A DNA stretch of 63,313 bases, the filler included, from Octopus bimaculoides (taxonomy: Eukaryota): NCBI RefSeq assembly GCF_001194135.2. It is 5 parts of 5 records of this genome, joined end to end, with 100 filler letters (N's around TTAATTAATTAA, not from the genome) between each part and the next. Parts side by side here need not be neighbours in the genome. Positions count along the whole stretch, not along the records: positions 6,619 to 35,287 come from NC_068981.1; positions 35,388 to 60,655 come from NC_069003.1; 3 more parts are not named here. The stretch is one strand, 5' to 3'. Below, in pieces: positions 34,300 through 47,670 of the stretch. A model generated the notes under the pieces. That model had not been told where the DNA came from and made no database searches. It was given only the letters and a program-made list of their open reading frames with translations. The translations under genes and the position numbers were made by a program. Numbering within the stretch: the stretch's first letter is position 1; each line of letters starts with the position of its first letter.

Positions 34300-34830
34300 T
34301 CATTGTATTATGCTGATGAGATCTAACAGATCAAAACGTACATATTTGTCTACGATCAGACTGTGCTCTCAAATTCACGACTTAACCTTTTGGATTGAAA
34401 GGGAATTGTTCATTGTAAATTTGTAGTTAGATGATCAATAAAGAATTTTACTTGAGTGTTCTGAGGTGTCTGAGAGAGACAATGTGAGAAGCGGAGCTCC
34501 CGGCATGGTGAAACAAAACCTGGATGTTATACAACACACCAGCTCAGGTATTATTCCTTATTCGTGACTTTTGGGTGAAGCACGAAATGACTTTGGTCCT
34601 CCAGCTTCCTCTACTCTCAAGATTTGGCTCCTAAGGATTTTTCTTTTTTGGTCCCCAGAGTTAAAACTGAACTAAAATATCGCTGATTTCATATGATAGA
34701 ACATATCGAAGAAAACTTGCTGCGAAAACTTCACACTACTCTTAAAAATGCATCCTTGAATGCGCGCCAAGACTGGAGTAATATTATAGTGCAGTGGGTC
34801 AAGAGTGGAGATGTAGATTACGTACAGTAC
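34300..34830 (+). pseudogene. Mariner (Tc1/mariner, DD34D type) transposase remnant
   Basis: Fragments KGIVHCKFV, NKEFYLSVLRCLRE, YSQDLAPKDF (cf. YSPDLAPxDF) and RVKTELKYR*FHMIEHIEEN; many indels. Confidence 0.75.
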
Positions 34831-35067
34831 AAGCTCAATTTGCTATAAACAAATTCACGTGCAGGTAGCTTTTGGAAATACAATTTCCATTTACAAGTGT
34901 GATTAATTTCAAAACCTTTGTTGAAGGGATTTTCGTGATGTATACAAGTTTAACTGACCTGAAGTTTGTAAACAAAACTCACTCATAGGCGATTTACAAT
35001 TTATTTTAACATTATTTCAATTATCTAAATGAGTCACAAGCATAATTCAGTGCAACTCTGGGTAACC

Positions 35068-35098
<31 letters not shown>

Positions 35099-35287
35099 CA
35101 TACATACATACATACATACATGCATGCATGCGTACATACATGCATGTATGCATGCATGCATGCATACATACATACATACATACATACATATGTGCATGCA
35201 TAGATACATGAACACATGTGTACATATATGTATATATATATACACACATATATATATACATCTATATATATATATATATATATATAT

Positions 35288-35387
35288 NNNNNNNNNNNNN
35301 NNNNNNNNNNNNNNNNNNNNNNNNNNNNNNNTTAATTAATTAANNNNNNNNNNNNNNNNNNNNNNNNNNNNNNNNNNNNNNNNNNNN
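35288..35387. other. Assembly spacer N44-TTAATTAATTAA-N44
   Basis: Same 100-bp construct. Confidence 0.95.
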
Positions 35388-36391
35388 TTATCTTATTCCT
35401 AGCACCAGCATTCCCCCCCCCCATTTACCTTTCAGCCCGTCATTCCACCCCAACCATTTCACTCTAATCAATCATCCACTCTCCTTTTAATTAAAACTTT
35501 TCTTAGATTTTCATGAATTAATCATTATTTATTGACAAATTCAAGCCAAAAAAAATATTAAAATAAATAAAAATTGAAAATAAATAAATTGAAATACATT
35601 GTGAGAGAATGGGGTTTTTTTTTTGGGGGGGGGTGCCTTTTTAGGCATGGAGTTGGGGTTCTTTTCACTCTAAAAGTTCAACTATTTAAAGACTGACCTC
35701 TGAGGACGATTGAAAACCTTACTACAGAATGTTTATGTTGTTGTTTTTCTTCTTATTTATTGATCTCTACGTTATTTTTGCTGACTTGTCACCCTTGCAA
35801 TATTGAGCTGAACGTATTTACCAATTAGAAGTGAATGTGGTGTATGAGGTTATGTATGGTGCAGCATGAGATTTTCTCCATCTGCTGGACAACTGTTTTT
35901 GTTCAACACCAGTAAACAAACTTGTATACAAGCTGTGAACGAAATTACCAGGGAGTCATGAGCAGGGTGACAGTTGCTACTGAAGCAAATAAGGAATCTG
36001 TTACAGTTTCAAATGAATCTGTGGAGCGGACAATGAGCTCTGGTTCTGCTTACGTTGTCAGGCAGAGAAATACTGACTGCATCATTTTTCTCCACTTCCA
36101 CAGCTTGACTGGAAATGTTGATGGGGCTGATGAGATCCAGCGAGTTTGAAACAACTGCCGGCAGCATAACTTCTTGGTTGCAGTTGCTTGCATCTGTAGT
36201 TCCGTGCATGTAAACTCATCACATTATTAATTAAAGATGGTAGATGGCAGAAAAAGTGCATCAAACAAAATGTCTTGTAATATTTAGTTACAAACCATTA
36301 TGTTCCGAGTTCAAACCCTCTGGAGTTGATGTTGTTTCTCCCCCCCCCCCCCAAGGGTTGATAAAATAAATTAGCAATTCAGGACAGAACC

Positions 36392-36435
<44 letters not shown>

Positions 36436-36446
36436 TTCTCTCTCTT

Positions 36447-36483
<37 letters not shown>

Positions 36484-37569
36484 ATTTGGAGCTTTGTGTT
36501 TTTAAGTTATTATTAAGGTTGGTGGGGGGGAGCATAGGTAAGAGCAAGTGTGAAGTGATGTAAACTAAATTTGTTTGTGGTATTTACTTACATCCACTAG
36601 TTTTCTTCATTTGTTTAGGCTCAGTAAACCAGCACCAATATACTAAAAATAAGACAAAAATGCCATCTCTACAAATTATTGACCTTTGGTCTTTTTGTTA
36701 CCAAATTTCTCTTGATATAAACTCTATCAAATAATGAAGAATTTCATAAAATATTAAGCTAGTGTTTGGGATATAAATTAACATGGAATTTTGATGGAAG
36801 AAGGTTCTAATTTGAAATGGGAAGTTTGTATCACACACCTTGAGGTGGTTTCGAGTGAGTTGGTATCAAAAAAGTTAAGTACCATTAATAGAATCTCAAC
36901 TAGAGAACCAAAAAGGATACACATCCGCAGACAAATCTGTGTTGACATACTTGATGGGTGGAACTTAACTAATGAGAAATAATTATGCTGCAGGAGGTGG
37001 GGATATTAACCAATGACTATTGTTGTTTCAATTATTTTGCTAAACACTAGAGACAGATAAGGAAAATGCATTATTCCATCCCATTATCAAATACAAAACA
37101 AATAGGCACCAAATCGGACAATCCTGGACCTTGCTGTCGTTCTTTCTAGAAGTGATCTGTGTTTTTGAAACAGCTTCTCTATCATCGTGACTCAAGAGTC
37201 GTCTTTTAGAATGTCTGAAAGCTGCTTCCAATAAGAATTGATCCTTTTCCGTCTGATTATAGTTTGGATAGGATGGCAATCAATAGTTTCAAAGCAGTTT
37301 CTAGGGCAGCTGACCTCCCAGCTCATATACACAGAATCTGTTATAAAACTTTCTTTTGACTTTTGTTTCAAATGTATTCAGTGAAGCATCCACATCTAAT
37401 AATAATAAATTTGTTTGCTGTCACAGTCTTGACGCCATGTGAAGGCAGGAAGCTGTCAAACAACAAATAGTGTGTGAGGGAGTGGTAGTAAATATATATG
37501 CATGTTGATACATATGTAGAAAAAAATGCACACACACATTTACAGACATATGCATAAACACATACATGT

Positions 37570-37600
<31 letters not shown>

Positions 37601-37614
37601 TAAATGCATGTATG

Positions 37615-37770
37615 ATTGAGTGGTTACAGAATTGGCTCTGTAATTGCATGCTCTGATATTTCTATCTCAAATAATGGCACCTTGGGCAAGTGCTCTCACT
37701 GTAGCTTTGAGTCAACCAATACCTCCTGAGTGCAATTAGCAGACAAATACTCTTTGGAAGGCTGTTGTAT
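37615..37770 (+). mobile_element. Degenerate SINE family A
   Basis: ggcaccttgggcaagtgctctcactgtagc core-like block preceded by tgagtggttacag. Confidence 0.6.
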
Positions 37771-37782
37771 GCATACATACAC

Positions 37783-37828
<46 letters not shown>

Positions 37829-38123
37829 GTGTGTGTGTATGAAAGAATGAAATGTTTATCTCACTCTTGTTACATTTTACATTCATTTTAGTTTTAATAC
37901 TCTATATTATACGACAGAGGAAGATATTTTCAAAAGCAAATAATAATAATAATAATAATTTCATATTTCATGTTTGTTTAATGTCCAAGAATTCAATGAA
38001 TTGATTTAGAGGCAGGAATTTACAACTGGAGAGTCGTCTTCTTGACAATCCTCACCTGTTTTTCAGGTATATTTATTTATTTATTTATATAATATAATAC
38101 AGCATATTATATCTTTGCAATGA

Positions 38124-38405
38124 AGGCACATAGCTCAGTGGTTAGTGTGATAGGCTTACAATCTTGAGGTAGTGAGTTCAGTTCTCAGACTGGGCTGTGT
38201 GTTCTGTTCTTGAGCAAGACATTTTATTTCATATTGCCAAGCTGTATCAGCCCCTTTGCCTTTCCCTTGCCCATCAGTGGTGTGGAGAGGGGAGGCTGGT
38301 ATGCATGGGTGACTGCTGGTCTTCCACAAACAACCTCACCCAGACTTGTGCCTCAGAGGGGAACTCCCTTGGTATAATCCTTTGGTCATTCATGACCGAA
38401 GGGAT
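38124..38405 (+). mobile_element. tRNA-derived SINE, family D
   Basis: Head gaaggcacatagctcagtggttag...gagttcagttctc, then tgttcttgagcaagacatt (core-like) and a distinct tail ending gtcattcatgaccgaaggg. Confidence 0.7.
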
Positions 38406-38569
38406 TCATGGAAACATCTATGCTATTTAGTGTAGAAAATGTTTTCAAAAAGTAAGGAAAGAATTCTATGGAAACCGATTTGTTGTTCTCTCTAATTAAT
38501 CTGTCAAAGATGCGTGATGACATTGCCACACCAATATCTTAGGTATTTGAAACAATTATTATTATTACA

Positions 38570-39889
38570 AAGGTTTTGGTTGACGGAATGTGGGTGTATT
38601 TGTGGCCCTTTACTATCAAAGTTCAAATCTTGCCCTGGTCAACTTGGCCTTTCATCTTTCCTGGGCCAAGTTAATTGACCAGCTTCCTCTACAAAATCTC
38701 AGGATTTCAGCCTATATTATAAAAAAAAAAAAAAAAACTATCATATTATTATGATAATAATAATAATTACTGTTGTTATTATTATTATTATTATTATTNN
38801 NNNNNNNNNNNNNNNNNNNNNNNNNNNNNNNNNNNNNNNNNNNNNNNNNNNNNNNNNNNNNNNNNNNNNNNNNNNNNNNNNNNNNNNNNNNNNNNNNNNN
38901 NNNNNNNNNNNNNNNNNNNNNNNNNNNNNNNNNNNNNNNNNNNNNNNNNNNNNNNNNNNNNNNNNNNNNNNNNNNNNNNNNNNNNNNNNNNNNNNNNNNN
39001 NNNNNNNNNNNNNNNNNNNNNNNNNNNNNNNNNNNNNNNNNNNNNNNNNNNNNNNNNNNNNNNNNNNNNNNNNNNNNNNNNNNNNNNNNNNNNNNNNNNN
39101 NNNNNNNNNNNNNNNNNNNNNNNNNNNNNNNNNNNNNNNNNNNNNNNNNNNNNNNNNNNNNNNNNNNNNNNNNNNNNNNNNNNNNNNNNNNNNNNNNNNN
39201 NNNNNNNNNNNNNNNNNNNNNNNNNNNNNNNNNNNNNNNNNNNNNNNNNNNNNNNNNNCCCCCCCCATTATTCTTTTGCCTGTTTCAGCTGTGGCCAAGC
39301 TGGAGCATTTCTCTTTCAACTTTACTGGGTTGGTAAAATGAATCACCAGTCGAGAGCCACGATTACATAATTGTTCAACACTCTCTTGTCCTTGTGCCTA
39401 AATCAAAAGCCCTCATTATTATTATTATTATTATTATTATAAGGCAATGTGTTGGTCGAACTATTCACACACTGGTCAAAATGCCTAGCAACATTCTGCT
39501 GAGGTCAGCTTCACCTTTTATCCTTTCAGGGTTGATAAAAATAAGTACCAGTTAACAACTGGAGGTTGATGTGATCAACTTCCCCCCCTTCTCTCAAAAA
39601 CTGCTGGTCTTGTGCCAAAATTAGAAACAAGTGTTATTATTATTATTTGTCTACTAATTATTATTTGAATACTAATTATTATTAAGGGAACGAACTGGCA
39701 GGGTCATTAGCACGTTGGGCAAATGCTTAGCGGCATTTCATTCTAAGTTCAAATCCCCCCAAAGGTCAACTTTACCTTTCATCCTTCTGGGTCAATAAAA
39801 TAAGTACCAGTTGGATATTGGGGATCGATGTAATCAACTTATCCCCTCCCTCAATATTGCTGGCCTTGTGCCAAAATTTGAAATCATCA

Positions 39890-39926
<37 letters not shown>

Positions 39927-40500
39927 CATTATTGAAGGTGGCAAACTGGCAGAATTGTTAGCACGCTGGGTTCTAACAGTCAGTTTCTACTGAAGCTTGG
40001 AATAATTAGTGTAACTGCACCAGACAAAAGACTTAACAGCATTCCTTCTGACTCTTGTACATCCTGAGTCCAACTTTCACTGACCGAGGTCAACTTTGCC
40101 AATTGTCGTCTTTTCAGAGTCAACAAAACAATGAGATCGTTGAGCACTCGGGAGCCATGGAGTCGATTAGCGCCCTCCCACCCCAAAATTTTCAGGCCTT
40201 GTACTCATTGAAGAAAGAATTATTGAGGGTGGTGCCTGAAGAGATTGCCAGAGCCATTCCAGCAGCATCAATTTTATTCTTCGTCTTTCCATTCATCAAT
40301 TTAATTAACTTAGTCTCTCCCTCAAAATTTCAGACCTTCTATATATCTTAAAACACATAATTATTAAGGGTATTGAGGGTACTAAGTAGGGTGGCACACA
40401 ACATGCCTTGTGGTGTTTAGTTATGCTACTTTAGTTCCAGGTTCAAATCTCATTGGAGTTAATTTTGCTTTTCACCCTTCAGGGGTTCAGTACAATGAAG
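38570..40500 (+). mobile_element. Cluster of about six family C SINEs separated by (TTA)n
   Basis: Units near 38570, 39440, 39685, 39935, 40080 and 40400, with shared gaggtcaactttgcctttcatcc and ataaaataagtaccagtt blocks; one gap inside. Confidence 0.75.
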
Positions 40501-41219
40501 TTACTCTTAAATTTTGGAGGTGGGAGGCATCACTTCAATCAGCTATGTTCCTTCTAACCCCAACTTTACTGGGAGCAGGTGCAGGGATTTAGCATAAATC
40601 ATTTTCTACCTCAGGAAAGGGGCCTAGCCCTAAAGTTCTGTGTATGTGTGTGGTTGTGGGTGTTTCATGATATAAAAAGAAAGACATATTTCTATCAAAT
40701 AACTAACTCAGCTAAATACACACATACACATCTATAGGTGTGTGTGAGAGAGAGAAAGAGAGAAATAGATACACAAACAAATTACTGGAAAGAAACATTT
40801 TAAATTGTTTTACATAAAAAGAATTAGAAAAAATTTTTTTAAATTAAAATTTTAAAAAAGCAATATAAAAAAATTATAATAACAGAAAAATTATATAAAA
40901 ATATATAAATTTTAAAAAAAAACTTTTTATATTTAGATTTGAATTTTTCCAAAACAATGAATGAATCAACAACAAAACCACAATCAGTTGCTGCAGTTAA
41001 TTTATAATCATTAAACTTAGATTTTAGATATGTATATATATATGTTTGTGTGTGTGTGTCTGTGTGTATTTTCGGGTGTACAATAAAAAAAAAAATTTAA
41101 AAAAACAACAGAAAATGCATGTCAGACTTTGTTGATCTCTTCCCAGTTTACTGTTTTGGTGAAAGTTTTTAAAACCTTTTGGATACCAACCCACCTGAGA
41201 TCATCCCCACTTTTGAAGT

Positions 41220-41765
41220 GAGTGAATTTGCTAGCTGGAAACTAAGAGAATCCCATCGTATATATGTGTGTGTGTTTGTCTCCCAACACTGCTTGACAAC
41301 CAGCGTTGGTTTTGTTTGCATCTCCATAACAGTTTGGCAAAAGAATAAAAGTGTCAGGCATAAAAAAATAATCACTGGAGTTGATTCTCCAAGGTGGTGC
41401 CCCAGTATGGCCACAGTCTAATGACTGAAACAAGTAAAAGATGAAACCTTCCATGAACATTCTTTTGTGTTAAATTACATTCCAAAAACCAGCTGAACCA
41501 AAACAAAGGTAGTGGATTTCTGCCAAAATATGGTTAGAAAAAAGCTTAAGGAAAGCCTGGAGAATGAAAGAGTTGCAACTGATGCAGGGAAGAAATAGGC
41601 ATGAACAACCTGACTAGTGATGCTGGCATGAAAAAAGCACCCTACCCACACTGTGAAGTGGTTGGCAACAGGAAAGGCATCCAGCTGTAGAAAACATACC
41701 AAAGCAGACTTCACTGGTGGTTGACAGATCCTGCCAAACTGCCAAATGGAAAACACATTAAATGA
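41220..41765 (+). mobile_element. SINE family A 3' part followed by an RTE-type 3' tail remnant
   Basis: gagtgaatttgctagctggaaactaagagaatcccatcg...gactgaaacaagtaaaagat, then ggcaacaggaaaggcatccagctgtagaaa. The latter block also occurs at 56520-56600. Confidence 0.55.
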
Positions 41766-42451
41766 CAAAACTATATATATATGTGTGTGTAGGTATGTAT
41801 ATATATATATATACATATATACACAACACATGCACACATATAAAGAAGCAATGTAATCTATATTTATATATACACATAGCAAACTATATATATTTATATG
41901 AGATTGCTTTAATATTTCAACATACAGACTGTCACTTTGGTAATATTTAAATGTTTAACTTTTACACATATTTTAATTAACTCTTTCTCAATTTATTGAG
42001 CACTATTATAAGATTGACAATTGTAAATCAGTTAGACATAGCATTGTATATTTTCCAATATGTAATTATGTTTGGTGGTGTGTGGTGGGATGAGCTAGGA
42101 AGCATTTCCATTTTGTCCTTTGCATGAGCTGAGCTGTGGATGGGGACGTATGTTGACATTATCCCTGTACACAAATTGCCTCACAGCTTTGAGGTTTTGA
42201 AGATACATGGAATAAAAATTCCTTTATTTCGTAAACAGGTAAGGATTAGTGACGGGAAAGATGTTTGGCTATAAAAAAACAGTACACTGATAATGTATCC
42301 ATCTAACTCATGCTAGCATGGAAGAAATGAATGTGAAAACAAGAAACAAAATAACAGCTGATCCAGTTTAATTTGGAGTTATTCTACTTGTGTTTTGATT
42401 TGGTAAATTCCATGAAAGTTCCATGAAGTATCTCCAGGGTAATGTTAGTGG

Positions 42452-42489
<38 letters not shown>

Positions 42490-42905
42490 GGAGAGACATG
42501 TGTTTGGTATTTGTTGGTGTTTAACTGCATATCAAAACTAGTAGATTGATAACATTCCACTCTATCTCCCCATCCCCACCTCCTTGGCATAATGTACCTA
42601 GGACTACATTATCCAATGTACATATTTTTATAAGGAAGAAGTGAGTTGAAGAAAATTTGGCATTTTTAGGAAGTGATTACATAGGGACTCCCATCATTAT
42701 ATAAATGTGTGTGCGGGTGGATAATTGTGATATTATATCTGTTTTATCATATCTATGTATGTATATATATTTAATGTTCAGTGGTGTAAGTGATGGGGAG
42801 GTCATCATCTATATTTTGTTGCTAAAACTAAAGGCAGGGATTATTTGTATTCATCTTTTGTATATTTGCCTGTGTTGTATGTGTATATGATGTGCACAGA
42901 TATAA

Positions 42906-42946
<41 letters not shown>

Positions 42947-43094
42947 TGTATGTATGTACAAAGCAATGTGTAACTGTTGTGTTATTTCATTTCATTCAAC
43001 TTGCGCAGGTATGCATCTATATGCACACACAAAGGTAAGTGTGTATATGTGTGTTGTGTATGTTTTTTATATATATATATGCATATATGTATAA

Positions 43095-43560
43095 CAGTCA
43101 CAATCATCATTTTTTTTCCATGGTTACAAGAGTTGGGTCCAATGTTCTTCCCTTGTGATCTTTTGTCAACTCCCCTTCCTAAGATCCATCTTTTACCATT
43201 TCTTCCCATGTCTTCCTCAGTCTTCTTCCACCACAGAGTCCTTCTACTGGAATCACTATTTCTTTTATCCAATCATTCTCTTCCATTCACATCACATGAC
43301 CACACCGCTCCACTCTTCTCCCATGTACACTAAATTTTATTCCTTTTATATCTAGAAATTCTCTTAGACACTTAAATTCAGTTATTCACACACACTAACT
43401 TTATACATGTTCACCACACTTGTTTCCAGCCTTCATTAAACACCCCAGTCTTCTACGGAACCTATCATATGCCATGCTCTTCATTCAGAAAGGGAATCTC
43501 TTTGTTGCTATCAGAAATAATAGCTCAGTGGTTCTGTTCTAACCACTCTGCCTTAGGAAC
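43095..43560 (-). mobile_element. RTE-clade LINE 3' remnant
   Basis: Minus-strand pieces LDIKGIK...CGHVM*MEEND...VEG...GRxRKTWEEMVK match the RTE C-terminal W-x-GHV...GRPRKTW pattern. Confidence 0.65.
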
Positions 43561-43624
43561 ACTGCTATTAATTAGTTCACCCAGGTGACCATCAACCATT
43601 TTGGGGAGTGTGTGTGTGGGTGTG

Positions 43625-43670
<46 letters not shown>

Positions 43671-44729
43671 TACATATATATCTTTCAGTTATTTTACAAT
43701 TCTCTGGTGTATTGAAAATCACACTTGGGTGAAAACGTGGATTTATTCAGTAAAATGTATTTCATCAAAGTCCCAGAAAATAGGACTTAGTCTGTCACTA
43801 CCCCCAACCCATCACCCCCCTCCCTGACCATTTAGCTGGACCTTATCAAAGTAAATGCAATTGTTTATTTATTGGTAACAAATATATCTGGTCAGTGACC
43901 ACAGGTCAAGCAATTCTCCATCATACTTCAACAGAAGATAAATATTTATTTATTGTTACCTATATACGTGTGTTTACACATACACACACACACACACACA
44001 AATATACATATCTTTTATGATCAAGGAGCATTCCACTCATGACCATTCCATCAGTTTCCATTATTTATGTCCTTCCTGTTCTTAAGACAGTAATAGTTGA
44101 TTTGGCTGCTATTCCTAGCATATAGATATTCCCTCATTCTCCATGAAAAAGTCTTTTTGGTTCCTTGTTTCCCTGTTCTTTTTTATTTCGTTTTATGTTG
44201 TTTTATGCTGTTTTTTTGTTTTGCTTTTATCAATTGTTGATACACAAAATATTTTGTAGGGATGACCTTATGACTGTATGTAGGGGACAACAGGGTTCTT
44301 TCATTTATGGGACAAAAAAGCTTGGTTAGGGAGTTGTGTTTAAGAAAGGAACTCATTCAAAAAATCCCTCTTCCTCTCTTTTTCTCTCCCTTNNNNNNNN
44401 NNNNNNNNNNNNNNNNNNNNNNNNNNNNNNNNNNNNNNNNNNNNNNNNNNNNNNNNNNNNNNNNNNNNNNNNNNNNNNNNNNNNNNNNNNNNNNNNNNNN
44501 NNNNNNNNNNNNNNNNNNNNNNNNNNNNNNNNNNNNNNNNNNNNNNNNNNNNNNNNNNNNNNNNNNNNNNNNNNNNNNNNNNNNNNNNNNNNNNNNNNNN
44601 NNNNNNNNNNNNNNNNNNNNNNNNNNNNNNNNNNNNNNNNNNNNNNNNNNNNNNNNNNNNNNNNNNNNNNNNNNNNNNNNNNNNNNNNNNNNNNNNNNNN
44701 NNNNNNNNNNNNNNNNNNNNNNNNNNNNN

Positions 44730-44768
<39 letters not shown>

Positions 44769-45029
44769 CAGGACCTTTATTTTAAATGTTTTTTGTAATT
44801 AAACTATTAATTTAATTAGTAAAAAGAATATGTGAGGTGGTGGGGGTTGTAAATAATAATTTCTTCTTCAATGAAATCATTTTGTTTCGTTAGAAAACAA
44901 AGCAAAAACATTTTTAATCATTTCTTCTTTCTCTCTTAAAAAAAAAAATTATAACAGCACAGTGGCCAGACAAGTTTTCATGGCAGATTGCAAATGAACA
45001 ATACTGCTTGCATCACAATGGTGTTTGTT

Positions 45030-45252
45030 TACAGCTAATGCGGTAGACATAAACACACACTCACACACTCATGCACATATATACATATACATATATATGA
45101 CAAGCTTCTTTCAGTTTCCGTCTACCAAATCCACTCACAATACCTTGATCAACCAGACGCTATTGTAGAAGACACTGGTCCAAATGCCATACATTGGGAT
45201 TGAACCCAGAACCATGTGGCTGGGAAGCAACCTTCTTCTCACACAGCCAGGC

Positions 45253-45255
<3 letters not shown>
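45030..45255 (-). mobile_element. SINE family A
   Basis: cttctttcagtttccgtctaccaaatccactcaca...gaacccagaaccatgtgg...cacacagcc is the reverse complement of the family A head and body. Confidence 0.82.
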
Positions 45256-45288
<33 letters not shown>

Positions 45289-45384
45289 GAGGTCTGGTCA
45301 GTGTCCAGCTATTTGTGAAATCAGCCAGTTAAATACTGGTATTTAATTTAGCCGCTCTAAAGTTAGAAAGAACTTAGAACGCCC

Positions 45385-45490
45385 ATCCATCCATCTGTCC
45401 ATCCATCCCTCCCTCCATCCATCCATCTGTCCATCCATCCATATGTCCATCCATCCATACATCCATCCATCCACCCATCCAACCATCCAT
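45385..45490. repeat. (CATC)n microsatellite
   Basis: Visible ccatccatcc runs. Confidence 0.9.
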
Positions 45491-46084
45491 CAATCTTATC
45501 TGCTACGATGAGATTTGAATCCTGGAACAGAAGACAAATCAATAAATAATCTGTTTGTTCTGATTGACTGAACCAGATAATGATCTTGTAAACTGTTCCA
45601 AAGATATGACTAACTGGAGTTAAGTGTCTTGCTTAAGAACACATTGACTAAAGTTACCAAAGAGAGAAAGTGACACACAGACAGCTATAAAGCCCCCAAG
45701 GCATATTTGGGGGTTCTTATCCATTCATTCGGATATGTTAGATCAAATCTACCATCACTCTTTAATCATCATAACCATTGCCATTAATAAAACATCTGTT
45801 TTCTACCTACTCACTAGGGTTTAATAATAATAATAATAATAATGATATGAAGAAGAAATTTCTAACAAAGGCACAAGGCACAGAAATTTTGAGGGGAGGG
45901 GGATTAGGGTTAACACTGAGCTCATTCCAGTTGGATGAAATGACAAGGCTGACCTCAGTAGGGTTTGAACTCAGAATGTAATGAAATGCAACAAATCCTA
46001 CAGGAACTTATTTTCTCTTTTTTCTTTTTTTTTTTTCTGGATACTCCACTGATTGTGATAATAATAATAATAATAATAATAATC

Positions 46085-46319
46085 CTTTCTAGTATAGGCA
46101 CAATGTCTGAAATTTTAGTGAAAGGGGGGCTCAGCGATTACCTTGACCTCCCCCCCATCCCCTGAGCTCAAATGATCTTTTCTTATCGATCCAACGTAAA
46201 AGGAAAGGCCAAGACAACTTCCGCAGGATTTGAACTCAGGACATAAAAACAGACAAAACACTGCGGAGCATTTTTGTCTGATATGCTAACAGTTCTGCCA
46301 GCTCACCAGCTTAAAAATA

Positions 46320-46350
<31 letters not shown>

Positions 46351-46985
46351 TTATAATAATATGATGCAAGTGCAGCAATTTTGAGGGGAGGGGGCATCTC
46401 AATTACATCAACCCTTCAATTTGACATTTATTTTACTGACCATGAAAGGATGAAAGGCAAAGTCAGCTTGGAACCCAGAAAATAGAGAACTGGAAGAGAT
46501 ACTAGCAAGCCTTTGGCCTAAGGCCCTAATGATTTCACTAAGTTACCACCTTATTAATGATAACAATGGTTTAATGGTAGAACACCTGTCATGTTCATAG
46601 GAAATGCGAGTTCAAATCACATCGGCAGCCTTTAACTTTTTCTATCAAAAAGGGATTTTCAACCCAATATTTATGCACTTCTATTTATAGCTTCAAGATT
46701 CACTCTTCCTAAAAAGAATCATTTCATCTTCTCAAAGTTTCCAAACTCTTAGAAAATCAGCAATAATAACAACAATAATGGTTTCAAATTTTAGCACCAG
46801 GCCAGCAATTATGGGGGAGGAGGTAAGCCAATTAGATTGACCCCAGTGTTCAACTGGTCCTTATTTAATCAACCCCTAAAGGATGACAAGCAGGGTCGAC
46901 CTTGGTGGAATTTGAAATCACAACATAAAGATGGATGTTATGAAGAATTTTATCCAGAATGCTAACAATTCTGCCAGCTCATCAC

Positions 46986-47078
<93 letters not shown>

Positions 47079-47400
47079 CCTTTCTCTAAGCACAGGGCCT
47101 GAAATTTTGGGGGAGGGAGCTTCCATAAGTACCATTTGAATCTCAATGTTTAAATGGTCCTTATTTCATCAACCCTGACAAGAATATAAAAATTATAAGG
47201 ATTTGTTGTAAATGTAAATTTGAGGAGAGGAACAATTATTGATTTTAACAGTCATCCCTGATTGGTTCTTACACCTAAACCCCCGATGCTTGGATGGACT
47301 AAAAATGCTTAATTGATCCCAACCGAGATTTGAACCCAGAATCTAAAAGACCATAAGTAAATACCAAAAATCCAATGTTCTGCTGACTGAGTCCTGGAAA
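46085..47400 (-). mobile_element. Cluster of four to five family C SINEs separated by (TAA)n and (TAG)n/(CAG)n
   Basis: Units near 46087-46315, 46365-46555, 46780-46985 and 47078-47190, plus a degenerate unit at 47200-47400. Heads read ctgccagctcacc on the + strand. Confidence 0.75.
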
Positions 47401-47462
47401 TATCAGAAGCTCTGTAAATGTCCCGAATGCTTCCAATTGATGTTTCGAATGTGAGGAATCCA

Positions 47463-47670
47463 TTAACCGTTTACTCTGTCAAATGTAATGCTTATTTGCT
47501 CACATTCTGTTGAATTATCTCATAGCTTTGAGATTTCAATGATATGATTGTTTATTCTTTGACCACCAATATTATAGGGTAGGTGTGAGAGGCTGGATCT
47601 GGCCAGTTTGAAGAGAAAACAGGTGGATTATTTTGGTTGGATAAGGCTAGTTTAAATACTAAGAGGTTGA
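47463..47670. mobile_element. Possible piggyBac-like MITE (TTAA target)
   Basis: Starts TTAA-CCGTTT and ends AAGAGG-TTGA, degenerate versions of TTAA-CCCTTT...AAAGGG-TTAA. Family identity rests on recall and is unverified. Confidence 0.35.

Noticed and set aside
45286-45320. TACGAGGTCTGGTCA after a (TA)n run, resembling a mariner TIR start
   Set aside because: It is too short, with no partner end or transposase sequence nearby.
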